64,000 nucleotides of DNA. Source: Podarcis bocagei (Eukaryota). How positions within the stretch are numbered: the stretch's first letter is position 1; every line of letters starts with the position of its first letter. Below, piece after piece: positions 52,442 to 64,000 of the stretch. The translations under genes and the position numbers were made by a program. The notes beneath the pieces are model-generated. The model worked only from the letters and a program-made list of their open reading frames with translations. It made no database searches and was not told the DNA's origin. The stretch lies in assembly GCA_964188305.1 (NCBI GenBank), contig OZ076896.1. The stretch is one strand, 5' to 3'.

Positions 52442-52598
52442 GTGGATGGAAGTCTGTCTTAATGAAGAGCTGCCACCAACTACTGAACTGGAAGAAGGAT
52501 TAAGGAATGGTGTTTACCTTGCCAAATTGGCAAAGTTTTTTGCACCTAAGCTAGTTTCTGACAAGAAGATCTATGATGTGGAACAAGCACGTTATAAG
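52442..52598 (+). CDS. IQGAP2: IQGAP2 coding exon (exon 3 equivalent, 157 bp; start of CH domain)
   Basis: tttgcag|GTGGATG acceptor and TATAAG|gtaaag donor. Encodes WMEVCLNEELPPTTELEEGLRNGVYLAKLAKFFAPKLVSDKKIYDVEQARYK; phase matches the previous exon. Confidence 0.97.
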
Positions 52599-52683
52599 GT
52601 AAAGGGCATACTTACGATATGCTTCCTTCTTGTAGTAGTTCAGCAGCTGCTTTATCTGTCACTGTTTCCTCAGAATTATAGTA

Positions 52684-52928
52684 CAGTGGTACCTCTGGTT
52701 AAGAACTTAATTCATTCTGGAGGTCCGTTCTTAACCTGAAATTGTTCTTAACCTGAAGCACCACTGTAGCTAATGGGCCCTCCTGCTGCTGCTGCCGTGC
52801 CGCCATGGCATGATTTCTGTTCTCATCCTGAAGCAAAGTTCTTAACCCGAGGTACTACTTCCAGGTTAGCGGAGTCCGTAACCTGAAGCATTTGTAACCC
52901 GAAGCGTTTGTAACCCGAGGTACCACTG
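52684..52928. mobile_element. Tc1/mariner (Tigger-like) MITE
   Basis: ta|CAGTGGTACCTC ... GAGGTACCACTG|ta, with internal taacc(t/c)ga repeats. Confidence 0.9.
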
Positions 52929-53633
52929 TATAAGAGCATGACCCCTCAGAACAGCATCAGATCTGAGGGAGCCCTAAGGAAGGTGCCCTCCACCAACACA
53001 CTGGTTCCTCCCCTAACCCCTGATGTAGAGGGGGTGAGCTTACCACATGGAGGGGGTGAGCAGCTGCCATCTTCATTTTCCCAGAATGCCTGTGGGCCCT
53101 GATTTTCCCCAGGCTTTCTGCAGAAATAGTGGCAGAAGTACCAGGCAAGGCTGCAGCAACTTTTCTTCACTACACTGACCTGAGCACCACCACTGACCCT
53201 AAATTGATCTAGGCAAATCTCTGTCTTGAAACAACAACCCAGCATTCTGAACTATTAAATATATTTGTAGAATGTTAGGCTTTTACCTTGTGTTCAAATA
53301 TTGAAAAAGAGAGAAATAGGGGCATGCCAGCCAGAAATAAGCTTTCCATTCTCTTTCAACAAATAATATAGAGTCAGAAATTCTGTTTTGATTAACGCTA
53401 CAACCCTCAAACAATTTTGAACAATGCTCTTGACTTCATGTTCAGCAGCATTACTCTAGAGTAAGTAGATTAAATATTTGTAGCTCACGCTGTCCTATAA
53501 CAACTGTCTATAGATTGTCTTTTCACTGATTTTGACAGTGTTTCAAATTTCATGTGCAGGGAAGACTTGGACTAGATGTCATGTAATAGAAATAACAGAT
53601 TAATCCTTTCTCTTCTCTTTCTCTTCTCATTAG

Positions 53634-53711
53634 AAATCAGGTCTTCATTTCCGACACACAGATAATACTGTGCAATGGTTAAGGGCAATGGAGTCCATCG
53701 GCCTGCCTAAA
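53634..53711 (+). CDS. IQGAP2: IQGAP2 coding exon (exon 4 equivalent, 78 bp)
   Basis: Long pyrimidine tract, cattag|AAATCA acceptor and CCTAAA|gtaagc donor. Encodes KSGLHFRHTDNTVQWLRAMESIGLPK. Confidence 0.97.
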
Positions 53712-53864
53712 GTAAGCAGTTGAACCTTGACTGTATGTTATGCCCAAATTTTAAAGTGTTTGCTAAAGTAGAGACATATTCCAGGAGCATATCAATTAAA
53801 GCAGAGTGAAACTAAAGCTGGCACTTTGGGAATTATTAACTTATAAAAAAACTGGGGTGGGGGG

Positions 53865-54439
53865 CAGTGGCGTAGCGTGGGGGGTGCCAGGGGTGCCGGC
53901 CGCACCGGGTGCAACATCTGGGGGGGCGCGAGTCCAGAGGGAAGGGACAAGTTCCTTCCTCCGCCGGGCTCCCCGCCGCCACCGCCAGCCTTGCGCCCCG
54001 GCAGAAGGGGGCGCCGCTGGCTCCGGCTCTCAGCGCAAGTCTCAGCCGCGGGGGGGGGAGGCGGGCGAGGACGGAGCACGGCTGGAAGCCCCTGGACCCG
54101 GCCGGGAGGAGGAGAGGCGCTCGCCAAGCCCGGATCTGGATCTCCACCTACAGCCCAAGGAGAGGAGGGGGCGGGGAGGCGCCCGAGGGGAGGGGGCTTC
54201 GGCTGCCTCGGCCCGCGGGGGCTCTGCAAATAATAAATTTAATAAATTCCTGCTGAGCCTTTGGGGGGGTCCTTGGCTCCTTCGCTCGCCCCCAGCCCCA
54301 GTGGCGTAGCGTGGGGGGTGCAGGGGGGCCGGGCGCAACATCTGGGGGGGCGCTCGCACTCGAGTGCTAAAATCCACGGGTTAGGGGGCGCAAATTACTT
54401 GCCTTGCCCCGGGTGCTGACAACCCACGCTACGCCACTG
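53865..54439. mobile_element. Composite CpG-rich hAT-type element
   Basis: 17-bp TIRs CAGTGGCGTAGCGTGGG / CCCACGCTACGCCACTG, flanks t(g)n on both sides (TSD within a G run), and a second left end at 54299. Confidence 0.85.
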
Positions 54440-55097
54440 TGGGGGGGACATCTAAGTGAAGGAGGTGGAATTCTTGTGCTCCCCCTCTTTTGCCAAGGCA
54501 GCTGGTATCATGCAGAGCATGAACAGGCTTGCTTACATTCCAGCTGGATTCAGTAGGTGCTGTTGGGTCAAACAGCTCATATGAGCTTAGGAGACCTGGC
54601 ATTAGGGATGGGAACAATGGATAAAGCCAGAGTCTCTGAAGAGGGAATTAACAGCACTTCCCAGTTCAAGTGTCTGCCCATCTCTGTTCTGCTGTCCTCG
54701 TTTACCCTGTGCGTTCTTAGAGACCGGGGGAAGGGGAACTTGTCACAGCAGGAGAGGGAGATTCCCTGGATTCTTCAGCAGCTTCTTGACCTCCCTGCTC
54801 TGCTTCAGCCTCAGAGTCTGAACAGCTCCCTGTCATAGGTTCCTCCTGCTCACTAAACCCTGTTGTCCCTTCAGTATTCAGCACCTCCCCCCAATCTTCC
54901 CCCTCTGACCTCTCCTCAGTGTCCTACCACCAATCCCCAGACTCTGAGCCTTCAACCTCTGGGATTTCCTATGGGGGTTCCCCGGCTAGTGCTTCCCTCA
55001 TCATTCATCTGTGTCAGGGACTGGCTGGATGTAAAATATGTTGTTATTGAAATAACTCTTAATGTTTTGGGGTGGGTGGGTCTTTTTTTCTCTTTAG

Positions 55098-55174
55098 ATC
55101 TTCTATCCAGAAACCACAGATGTCTATGATAGGAAGAACATACCTCGAATGATATATTGCATCCATGCACTAAG
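55098..55174 (+). CDS. IQGAP2: IQGAP2 coding exon (exon 5 equivalent, 77 bp)
   Basis: tctttag|ATCTTC acceptor and CTAAG|gtaagc donor. Encodes IFYPETTDVYDRKNIPRMIYCIHAL(S). Confidence 0.97.
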
Positions 55175-58048
55175 GTAAGCCAGATTGATGCTAACAATTT
55201 GTCTTAAGTTCTACATTTTTAAAATGCTTGCTATCTTTTTAGAAGTTTGCAGTGAAACCTTACTGGGTTTACAATGTTGAGAGTTTTACAGGTTTTGAAG
55301 GCAACATAGATATGGAAAAGTGATGGCATATTCCATAAGAGAAGTAAAACTTGTAAGAATCTCTGAAATGTATGTACACAACCTTCTGTGAATACACTTT
55401 CTTTAAAGAATGTGGGAAAAACAATTTTGAATTAGAAAAATAGAAATAGCATTTGAAAAGATAAAAGGATCACCACTCTGAGCTATGTCTAACCTTTTTC
55501 TATTAAAAAAAAACAAATAAGAGAGACTCTTTACCTTGGACACTGTTTGCGATCTTTTCTACTTATTCTTCATTGTCCTGTTTTAATGTTTACTGTCATT
55601 TCAATATGGCTCTAAAGTCCACATACAACTTGTTACCTTAGACATTCAGGATGCAGAAGCAGAAAAATGCCTCATTCCTGTTTCTATAGAAGAGAGCTTT
55701 GCAAGTACCATGTGCAGTAGTTCTATTTAGGTTGGGGGACATGTTCACTGCAGCATTAATGTTTGAGTAACAAGCTCAGGGTGACAAACTTATTGAACTA
55801 TTCTATATCACATTGTGTTTTCTGAATGTGGAAATAGATTGGTAGGTCTGTTCTGCTAATGCATGCATCATTCCTTTTCTTACCTGCGCACAACAGCATC
55901 CTGTGCAGATTTCCTTGTATGCATGGCAGAGCAATGGATCCTGTAATGCATCCGTGGGGAAACTCCTGTGCACAGGCCTAGCTAGCCGCCGCCATTTGGC
56001 CTGCAAGGCTGTCTTGGCCAAGTCACTCCCACCTATCTCATAGGATGTCAAGTGTAGGAAAGGTAAAGACACAGCAGAGCTAAAAAGCTTTATGCCTCTG
56101 CAAGCTCATCTGATTATCTGTGCTTCCAAAGCACTATGTCTTTGCCCATGTGGTTTGATTTCAAAGGCAAATTGGTCACCTGACATCATTGTCATGTCGG
56201 GTGACAGGTGAGGAGCCCCACCTACCTACCTGCCTATGGGGGGACGGAGGAGTTAAGATTCTGGCCTGCTAACCGGATCCACTTCTCCATCCCTGATCTG
56301 AGAGGCTGTATTGTCTTTAGGCATAATACCTAATCTGTGCAGTTAACATTCCGCAGAATACGGTTGTTCAGTCAGGGTGTCTCAACAGAAAATCACTTTG
56401 CTGCTTTTATAAGGCTATTAATGGCTATGAGCCATGACGGCTATGGTCTGTCTCCATGGTTAGAGGCAGTAATGCTTCTGAATACCAGTTGCTGGAAGCT
56501 GCAAGAGGGACGAGTGTACTCTTGTCCTGCTTTCAGCTTTCCCACAGGCCACTGGGAAGGCACTGTGAGAACAGAATGCTTAACTAGATGGGCCATTGGC
56601 CTGGTCCTTCAGTGCTCTTATGTTCGTGTGTTAGGAAGTATCTCTGTGTGATAATTATTTACAGGCCACAAATATTGGAAAGCAAGTGGTGTCCAGCCTT
56701 TAGAAACTCAAAAACCTAATTGTAACTTTTTCTAATTTTCTCCAGTAATGCCTCTAGCATCCCATTCTCAAGCAGAATGTTAATCTTCATATTTTTCACT
56801 CTTGGCTCGCTATTATGGAAGCCTCCCCATTTTTTTTACAATTTCAGAATTATAAAGGTGGCTTGGGGGTACATTATTTTAATGGCCTGATTTAAAAGAG
56901 AAAAGTAAATAGTGAACCTGTTTTCTTGAAAAGCACTGGAAATTCAATTTTGGATGAACTCTAAATGTTTTCTAGTTTTTGTTCATTGTCTTGCTTACTC
57001 ATGTAAGCCATGGTACTCCACACAATAAACAAATAAGAAGTATTTTTAAATGTTTCTTAAATGAAGGACCTTTTTACAATGCCAAACGAGTATTATATAT
57101 ATACAAGCTGTGAGGGTGATACTATTCTAAAGTGATGTTGTTAGTGTGTTTAGATTCGAGTTTGAAACTGTTTCCTGAAGTGGTCACACATGGGACTCTT
57201 AATGTTAAGTAGCTTATGAAGGAATGGTTTGCTGAGTTCCATTCCAATGATGTCACAATTGTTCAGATGTTCTGCTAAATACTGAACAGAGCAAAGCTTT
57301 CAGATGTTTATATCTGCTGGAGTACTGAAGATGGCTTAATCAATGGTTTGACTGCTATAATAAACATCTGCACAGAGTCTTTCGCATTCAGCAGTGCATA
57401 TCCCATATATTATATATATATTAACTCTGTTGTGCAGTATTATGGCCTTTGGGGTTTTTACCTCGCCTAATTAGCTGTGCCTTGTTTAGGATGCAATCTG
57501 AGCCATCAAGTGCAGCAGAAAATGTGATTTAGCTTTATGATACTACCCTAATACTTGAAAGAAAGAAGTTTAAATATCAAAGGCACCCAGTCCCAGGTAC
57601 ACGTGCTTAGGTTCAGTTTGTTTAACGTGCAGTTTATGCAGTTGTGTAGGTAGCTGAATGTCAGTTGAATGAATGGACTTTCTCCTCAGGAAGATGGTTG
57701 CATTTTGAAATCATGTGAAAACTCTGCAGTGTTGTCTGTTGTTGCTTGTTGCACATGTGAGGCGTCATTTGCTGTTACACTTACAAGGAGATGAATACGC
57801 AAGGCCCCAGTTTCTTCCAGATCTGGTTTCCTTGCCAACAGCAGAAATACTGGGCAATATCTTAATGCTATTCAAGCAGACTTCCACTTGTACAACAGGA
57901 CTTCTCACTGCAGTTGTCTGCATTCCCCGCCCCCAACCTCTGGAGCAGATGGGGAGGGTATATGGTGAACTGCAGGCCCATTCCACTTGTGAGAAGTCCA
58001 TCCCACTCACAGACACGCAGCACTGGATAGTCCCCATTGTATTATTGC

Positions 58049-58094
<46 letters not shown>

Positions 58095-58150
58095 CTTTTG
58101 TTTATATCCCACTCTCCCCGGCTGAAGTTGGGCTCAGGGCAGCTAACATC
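58049..58150 (-). mobile_element. (AAT)n microsatellite forming the tail of a short LINE-type 3' fragment
   Basis: About 15 AAT units followed by tttatatcccac..gggctcagggcagct.aca. Confidence 0.7.
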
Positions 58151-58761
58151 AGATATGTAAACATTAGTACAAAATCAAACAATAATTAGATTACCTCCTA
58201 AAAACAGGTCAATATCAAATTAAAGTCTAATTAGATGGCTTTCTGCAGGGTTAGAACAGTAGCTCATCGCTTCATATGTGAATTCCTGTAGCATTATGCT
58301 ACTGTCCCACAGTGAATAAGAGAGTGACTTGCATTCAGATTTGAACATCTGATGCTACTATTTAATTATAATGTCATATAATGTGGAACTTAACAGGAAG
58401 CTCCTATCTTGACTGCCACAATGCTCTAGTCTCAGAGTCTGATTTGGGGCTTTAAAATTTCAGCTGTGTTTTGTGCGACACCAAGATTTGTCCCTCCACC
58501 TCTCACCTTCAGTTGTTTGGCATTGTTGCAGTGGCCCCTGTGGCTACCTCTTAGCTCAGTAGTCCAGGCAAACTGGTTGCACTTCTCTAAATCTGCCTCT
58601 TGCTGGTCAATGAAAATCTTTAGAAGAAGATGTTGTATTTAACTTTTCTGGCTTCAGTTGATAGCTTGTTTGTCTGTGGATTTTAAGTACTTCTTTGTCG
58701 TCGTCATATATAATGTAGAGCACCTTTCATAATCAGAATTGAGTTGTTTGCTGAAAGCATA

Positions 58762-58867
58762 CCGTATTTACTAGAGTCTAATATGCACCTTTTTCTTGCC
58801 AAATTATGCTGCAAAAAAAATGGGTGTGCATTACATTTGATGACACATTAGACTCAAATAAATACGA
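58762..58867. mobile_element. Small Tc1/mariner-type MITE
   Basis: ta|CCGTATTT..gagtctaat / attagactc..AAATACGA|ta. Confidence 0.65.
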
Positions 58868-59282
58868 TATTTTAGTCTTCCTTTCACATGTATACCCTGT
58901 GCACTGTACACTGAAATATATTTTCCCTTAAAATCCAAATGCCTTCTAATAGTTCTTTGTTCCATGTTCTTGACTTGTAATTAGATTTAATTTAATTCTT
59001 ATTTCTATGGCTTCACAGTTAATATTTGTTTTTTAAGCAGTTTGATTTTGCCCATACCAATTTTGGGTGTGTTCTTAAAATTCTCAGCTTAGGTACAGGT
59101 GTTTAAAAATGCTTGTTAGCACAACATCAAATACAGCAATCCATGTTAATAACTCCTCATATTAAACACCGAGGAAAGGAGCATGTTAAATACAGTTTCT
59201 TGGTGTAGTCATTATAACCTCAAAGCATTTGTAGTAATATTAAGATGAACATGTTCCTTGTAAACTTAAAAACAAAATTCTA

Positions 59283-59298
59283 TTGCCATCTAGTGGTA
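59283..59298 (-). promoter_or_regulatory. Candidate CTCF site
   Basis: TGCCATCTAGTGG reads CCACTAGATGGCA on the minus strand, a close match to the CTCF core. Confidence 0.5.
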
Positions 59299-59627
59299 AA
59301 CAGTATTCTCACAAATGATCTCTGGGCAGTGGGGAATATGCTACTCCAGGGAAATTGTAGTTGTCATGTCAAGGTATCATTGGTGTATTAGTGACCAGTT
59401 GTGTCAATGAAACATTGCATTACTGCCAACTTGAAAACAGTTTGCTGGCTTCTTCTTAATCCTACGAAGTTTAAATGGAGTTTTTACAGAAATCTTGGAA
59501 CAACATCTAATAAAGGGAAATAGTTATTGAAGGTCTAATGCTGCTTTTAAAAAAATCTAAACCAAGTAGGGTAAGATGGGGATTTGTTGTCAGAAGAAGG
59601 CAGTAAAACTTAGGAAACTTGCCTATA

Positions 59628-59868
59628 CAGTGGTACCTCTGGTTAAGAACTTAATTCGTTCTGGAGGTCTGTTCTTAACCTGAAACTGTTCTTAACCTGA
59701 GGTACCACTTTAGCTAATGGGGCCTCCTGCTGCTGCCGCGCCGCCACCGTGCGATTTTTGTTCTCATCCTGAAGCAAAGTTCTTAACCCGAGGTACTTTT
59801 CTGGGATAGCGGAGTCTGTAACCTGAAACATCTGTAACCTGAAGCCTCTGTAACCCAAGGTACCACTG
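59628..59868. mobile_element. Tc1/mariner (Tigger-like) MITE, same family as 52684
   Basis: Same TIRs and body, with TA TSD. Confidence 0.9.
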
Positions 59869-60696
59869 TAACACTAGCTTGTAATTCTTTTGGTCTGATA
59901 TCAGTTCTGGGAACTCTCACCCTTGGAAAAAACTTTTTTATTATAACATATTTTCAAGCCATTTGTTAAAATGTCAACTTTTACAAACTTCTAGCATTTT
60001 CCCCTGTTGCCTTTCTGACATCTAGCACCTAAAGTCTATTAGCTCACAGTCTTTTAATTCTTGCCTTTTCTTTGCTGAATCATGCTAGCCCAAGTTTTGA
60101 AATGTTAAGCTTCCCCAAGTGGGATCTCACCATTCTTTTTAGATCTAAAAAGTGCCCAGACCACTGATTATTCTGTCTAAATAGGTTTGAGCTGCTTTGA
60201 CTATGACTTCTAATAACAACTTTGATTAGTCCCTTGTGTAATCTTAATAAATTCCCCAAATCCTTAACAGTTGTTAATTTCACATGGCAGGAAGACATGA
60301 ATAAAGATGTGAATTTGTTCAGCTGTTGTCCAGATGGTTTCACTATACACATTTTGGAATGGTATTAATACAGACATTTCAAACAACGCTGAAACAAAAA
60401 TAGGGGTTCTAGGATTGTCTTTGTGTATTTTTTTTACTTCCTTTCAGATACTTAAGAACATTTGAGTATTTAATGATAGGTAAGTTGATTTTAAAGGTGG
60501 AAATATGTAAGGACCCTTTCTTGTTAAAAAACAAAACATATATTTAAGTTCTTGGGGAAAACCAAAATGTGTTTCTTTGATTACTAACCTAGTGTTTTAT
60601 TCAGTATTTGCTTGAGGATGGGAATCCCAAAGTTGGCAAAAGTGTTAATTAAAATACTGTTTTCAGAGGAAAACAGGTTACATTTATTACAAAGGA

Positions 60697-60780
60697 GAAT
60701 AGTCATGCCTGTCGTAACAGAAGCAACAGAGAGTCCTGTGGCATGAACTTTTGTAGGCTGAATGTACTTCATCAGATCCT
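60697..60780 (-). mobile_element. Penelope-like terminal relic with decayed hammerhead core
   Basis: aacagagagtcctgtggca is shared with 49790. The minus strand reads CTGATGA-A-GTA..TAC-AAAA. Confidence 0.55.
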
Positions 60781-60863
60781 AATAGTAATAATAATGCTCA
60801 TAATAAAATTGAACCGCTTTGAGTTCTTACAACCAATCAGTATATAAATTTTATGAAATAAAT

Positions 60864-61092
60864 TAGGGTTGCCATATTTCAAGAAGTAAAAATCCAGAGC
60901 TTTGTTGTTGAGTTTTTTTTTGGGGGGGATATCAACCTCAAAGTTGTGATACTCAAACACACACTTTCTGGTTCTGTTATCAAAAACCTGGACATTTTGC
61001 CATTTTTTTTTTTCAAAATTCTGTCCCGGATGCTAATTTAGCCGTTTGAATCCCAGACATGTCCAGGAAATTCCAGACATGTGTCAACCCTA
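60864..61092. mobile_element. hAT-like MITE (TAGGGTTGCC ends)
   Basis: TAGGGTTGCCA / TGTCAACCCTA termini in AATAAAT flanks. Partial relative at ~13454-13620. Confidence 0.7.
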
Positions 61093-61148
61093 AATAAATA
61101 AAAAAAAGTCTTGTGATATAACACATAATTTCCCTTTTTCTTTTGCAG

Positions 61149-61216
61149 CCTTTACCTGTTTAAACTAGGAGTTGCTCCACAGATCCAAGATTTGCTGGGG
61201 AAAGTAGACTTTACAG
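61149..61216 (+). CDS. IQGAP2: IQGAP2 coding exon (exon 6 equivalent, 68 bp)
   Basis: ttttgcag|CCTTTAC acceptor and ACAG|gtactt donor. Encodes LYLFKLGVAPQIQDLLGKVDFT. Confidence 0.96.
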
Positions 61217-61559
61217 GTACTTTAATCTTTGAAAATATTTTATTGTATTCAAACCCCATGCTCTACTCCCCCAGCATTCTCCATGTTTTTATGCTGAAGT
61301 GGGTGTAGAGTAGCTATGTGAAAAATGTGCTTCTACTTTGTTAAAAGATGCTGGTTAACAAAATCCTTGTATTTATTTTCTCCCAGCCTGTGATTTTTCT
61401 CAGGCAGGAGGAAAAGGCTAAGCAGAATTGGAAGCATAATGATGTTAAAAGCCACAGCCCACCCTACCCCAAGCATTATTATTGTGTAAGTTTTATCATC
61501 TAAGAAAGCCTAATTAAGTTTGTTGATGCCTTCTCCCATTTTTCTCCCTTCGTAATTAG

Positions 61560-61673
61560 AGGAAGAAATCAATAACATGCGGAAGGAATTGGAGAAATAT
61601 GGTATACAGATGCCGTCATTTAGTAAAATTGGAGGCATCCTGGCCAGTGAGCTTTCAGTGGATGAAGCTGCGT
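61560..61673 (+). CDS. IQGAP2: IQGAP2 coding exon (exon 7 equivalent, 114 bp)
   Basis: aattag|AGGAAG acceptor and GCGT|gtaagt donor. Encodes EEINNMRKELEKYGIQMPSFSKIGGILASELSVDEAA. Confidence 0.96.
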
Positions 61674-63586
61674 GTAAGTGAGCCCTAATCAAAGTGTTAT
61701 GTAAGAACATGCTGACATATAATCTCAGATATGGTAACATGTTTTAAAGTTGCTTTAACCTCAGATATCATTTGGAAACTAATTAGTAAAGAAATCTTTT
61801 TTAAAACAAATTCTATGGTGTAAGGTATTTTAAAATCAATTCCTCTTGCCTTGTACTTTAAAGAAAAAAATACAGTATTGAGTACACAGACATCTTTCAT
61901 GTAGTGAAGGCGTTGCCTAGTTTGTTCCTGTTGTTAGCAGGGGATGGAAAGGTTTTTAACCTTGACCTCCGCTGTCCTGATCCAAATCAAGGTGGGGTGG
62001 TGAATGGTTCTCTGATTTGGATCAAGGCTCTCTGATTTGGATCAAGAGAATTGCTGGAGGCAAAGGGTTAAAACACACACACAGAGAGAGAGAGGGGGGG
62101 GGGTTAGGAGCATAATCCAGTTCACTGGGCCCCACACTGTCAGTTTGTGATTAAAAACAAACTATCCATGTAAGAGTTTAGATACATAGCAAATACATAC
62201 AGCCCCTTCTGCAAGTCCAAGGGCCAGCTAAAAACCCTTCTAGGAATCAGTATTCGTAAACACGAGGCATTTATGGACAGCTCGTCTGAATTGGTGATTG
62301 GCCTACTACAGCTTCAAATGGCCAATTTGACTTCATAATGCTGAAAATAACTTTTATGCCCTATAAAATAAGTTAGCACTACGTTTTTATTTTACAAGTT
62401 TGTTGTCCTTATATTTTATTTTTAAAATTATGTTAGTCTCTACGTGTGGGGTGGGGAACCAGTAGCCCACTAGATGTTGGACCTACCTTCCATCAGCCCA
62501 AACCAGCATGGCCCAGTGACCAAAGTCATGGCAGTTGTAGGTCAACTTCATCTGAAGAGCTACAAGTTTCCACCCCTGCACTAGACAGACATGTATGAAT
62601 CTGTTCTGGTGTTGGATTGGTGTGTATTTCCACTAACATAATCTTTAGATCTTCAGCTGCAGTTAGGTGGCTAACTGTGGCTACAGATGTTGCTGGGATA
62701 CAGCTCTCATCATCCCTGACCAGTTGCCTTTGCTGCCTAAACCTTATGGAAGCTGAAAAACAACATCTGGAGAACTGTGCCTTTGCTTTGACTATTTAGT
62801 AGATTCTTGTACACTGAGACAGCAGTCCTATATATAATTAGATATACTCCTGAGTAGATAAGTGTAGGATTGTATTTTGGCCAGAATCCAAAGTAGACTT
62901 AAGCTATGTGTACATGTTATCATTCAGTGCGGTGTTTGAAGCTGTGTGCAGATGACGTTAGCCATAACCCATATCTGTCTTGGAGTATCTTGAGAAATAC
63001 TGCTGTTTTATTTGTTTTCCCTCAAACCAGCTTCCATTTAAAGTGGGGTGTGTACATTGCGACAGCCTTTGTGTGTGCATTTGCAGATGACAGCTTCATG
63101 AATGGGAGTTGGGGAGGCGGTTTCAGTTATGGGGAAACCAAACAGGTAATGTGCAGGGGTGAAAAGATCCCCCTGCACTCTTTCTAGTGTGAGCAGCAAC
63201 ATGCAAATGCAGCTTCACAACTTCACTGTGTTTTAAGCCACTAATGTGTACCTAGCCTTAGTTGAAGGTATGCTAAATTGAAATTAAGGATGTTGCCAAT
63301 AAAAGAGCACTGGTTTTTACAGTGCTTTACTTTCTTCTCAGTGGCTCTCTTCTAGAAAGCTATACCATGTATATGTGTAATTGTATGTAGGTGTGTAAAA
63401 AAGTGATAATGACAATGCTTTTAAAAAAACATTTAATGATGATTCATTCTAATTGCCTGGGGTCACCAATGTGACTCCCTTGGAGCTACATAGAGCTACA
63501 GTGCTCTATGGCTCCATGTCCCTAATAATATTTGTTTGTTTGTTTGTTTGTAAGCGAGATTATTTGACAGAAGCTATCTGGTTTGC

Positions 63587-63966
63587 GGGACACGGGTGGC
63601 GCTGGGACGCGGGTGGCGCTGTGGGTAAAACCTCAGTGCCTAGGACTTGCTGATCGTATGGTCGGCGGTTCGAATCCCTGCGGCGGGGTGAGCTCCCGTC
63701 GTTCGGTCCCAGCTCCTGCCCACCTAGCAGTTCGAAAGCACTCCTAAGTGCAAGTAGATAAATAGGGACCACTTTATAGCGGGAAGGTAAACGGCGTTTC
63801 CGTGTGCTGCGCTGGTGCTGGCTCGCCAGATGCAGCTTCGTCACGCTGGCCACGTGACCCGGAAGTGTCTCTGGACAGCGCTGGCTCCTGGCCTCTTAAG
63901 CGAGATGAGCACGCAACCCTAGAGTCGGACACGACTGGCCCGTATGGGCAGGGGTACCTTTACCTT
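63587..63966 (+). mobile_element. Sauria-type SINE with duplicated 5' end
   Basis: B-box GGTTCGAATCC, (ACCTTT)n tail and 12-bp TSD TATCTGGTTTGC/TATCTGTTTTGC. Confidence 0.92.
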
Positions 63967-64000
63967 TATCTGTTTTGCTAGCTCTTTTGGGGGGTGGGTG

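Noticed and set aside
53792-54377. Overlapping Pro/Gly/Ala/Arg-rich ORFs, or a CpG-island gene promoter
   Set aside because: Entirely within a TIR-bounded transposon. High GC content explains the lack of stop codons.
27-63853. The many 60-230 aa ORFs in the six-frame track
   Set aside because: Apart from the L2 ORF and ORFs overlapping IQGAP2 exons or L2 fragments, they lie in SINEs, GC-rich MITEs or microsatellites, or show no recognisable domain. They are chance ORFs.
1-64000. Nested GPCR gene (F2RL2, nested in mammalian IQGAP2), CRISPR arrays, rRNA or snoRNA genes
   Set aside because: No 7TM-like ORF, regularly spaced repeat-spacer array or recognisable structural RNA gene was seen. A nested GPCR would be expected further downstream in the gene.

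Overview
Vertebrate (squamate, most likely lacertid lizard, inferred from Sauria-type SINEs) genomic DNA lying inside the 5' part of the IQGAP2 gene on the + strand. Six GT-AG coding exons (100, 157, 78, 77, 68 and 114 bp, corresponding to exons 2-7) splice in frame into the N-terminal calponin-homology region (...IVDDARLSAEEMDERRRQNIAYEYLCHLEEAKRWMEVCLNEELPPTTELEEGLRNGVYLAKLAKFFAP...KSGLHFRHTDNTVQWLRAMESIGLPKIFYPETTDVYDRKNIPRMIYCIHALSLYLFKLGVAPQIQDLLGKVDFTEEEINNMRKELEKYGIQMPSFSKIGGILASELSVDEAA). Exon 1 and the downstream exons are outside the window, and intron 2 is ~39.9 kb. The rest is intron packed with transposable elements: a young 5'-truncated L2-clade LINE with an uninterrupted 742-codon RT frame, older L2 and CR1 fragments, Sauria SINEs with TSDs, tRNA-Ala- and tRNA-Lys-headed SINEs, several hAT MITE families with 8-bp TSDs, Tc1/mariner-type MITEs with TA TSDs, two solo LTRs and Penelope-like relics. 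Nearly all short ORFs in the supplied track are spurious. I did not find a convincingly new gene system. The best leads are an intronic RFX X-box/TATA/Inr cluster with recurrent X-boxes, a hAT MITE carrying an immunoglobulin-promoter-like heptamer-octamer, a visible tRNA-Lys SINE/CR1 partner pair, decayed hammerhead-ribozyme cores in Penelope relics, and a composite CpG-rich hAT beside exon 4. Family names come from motif recognition, not database searches.
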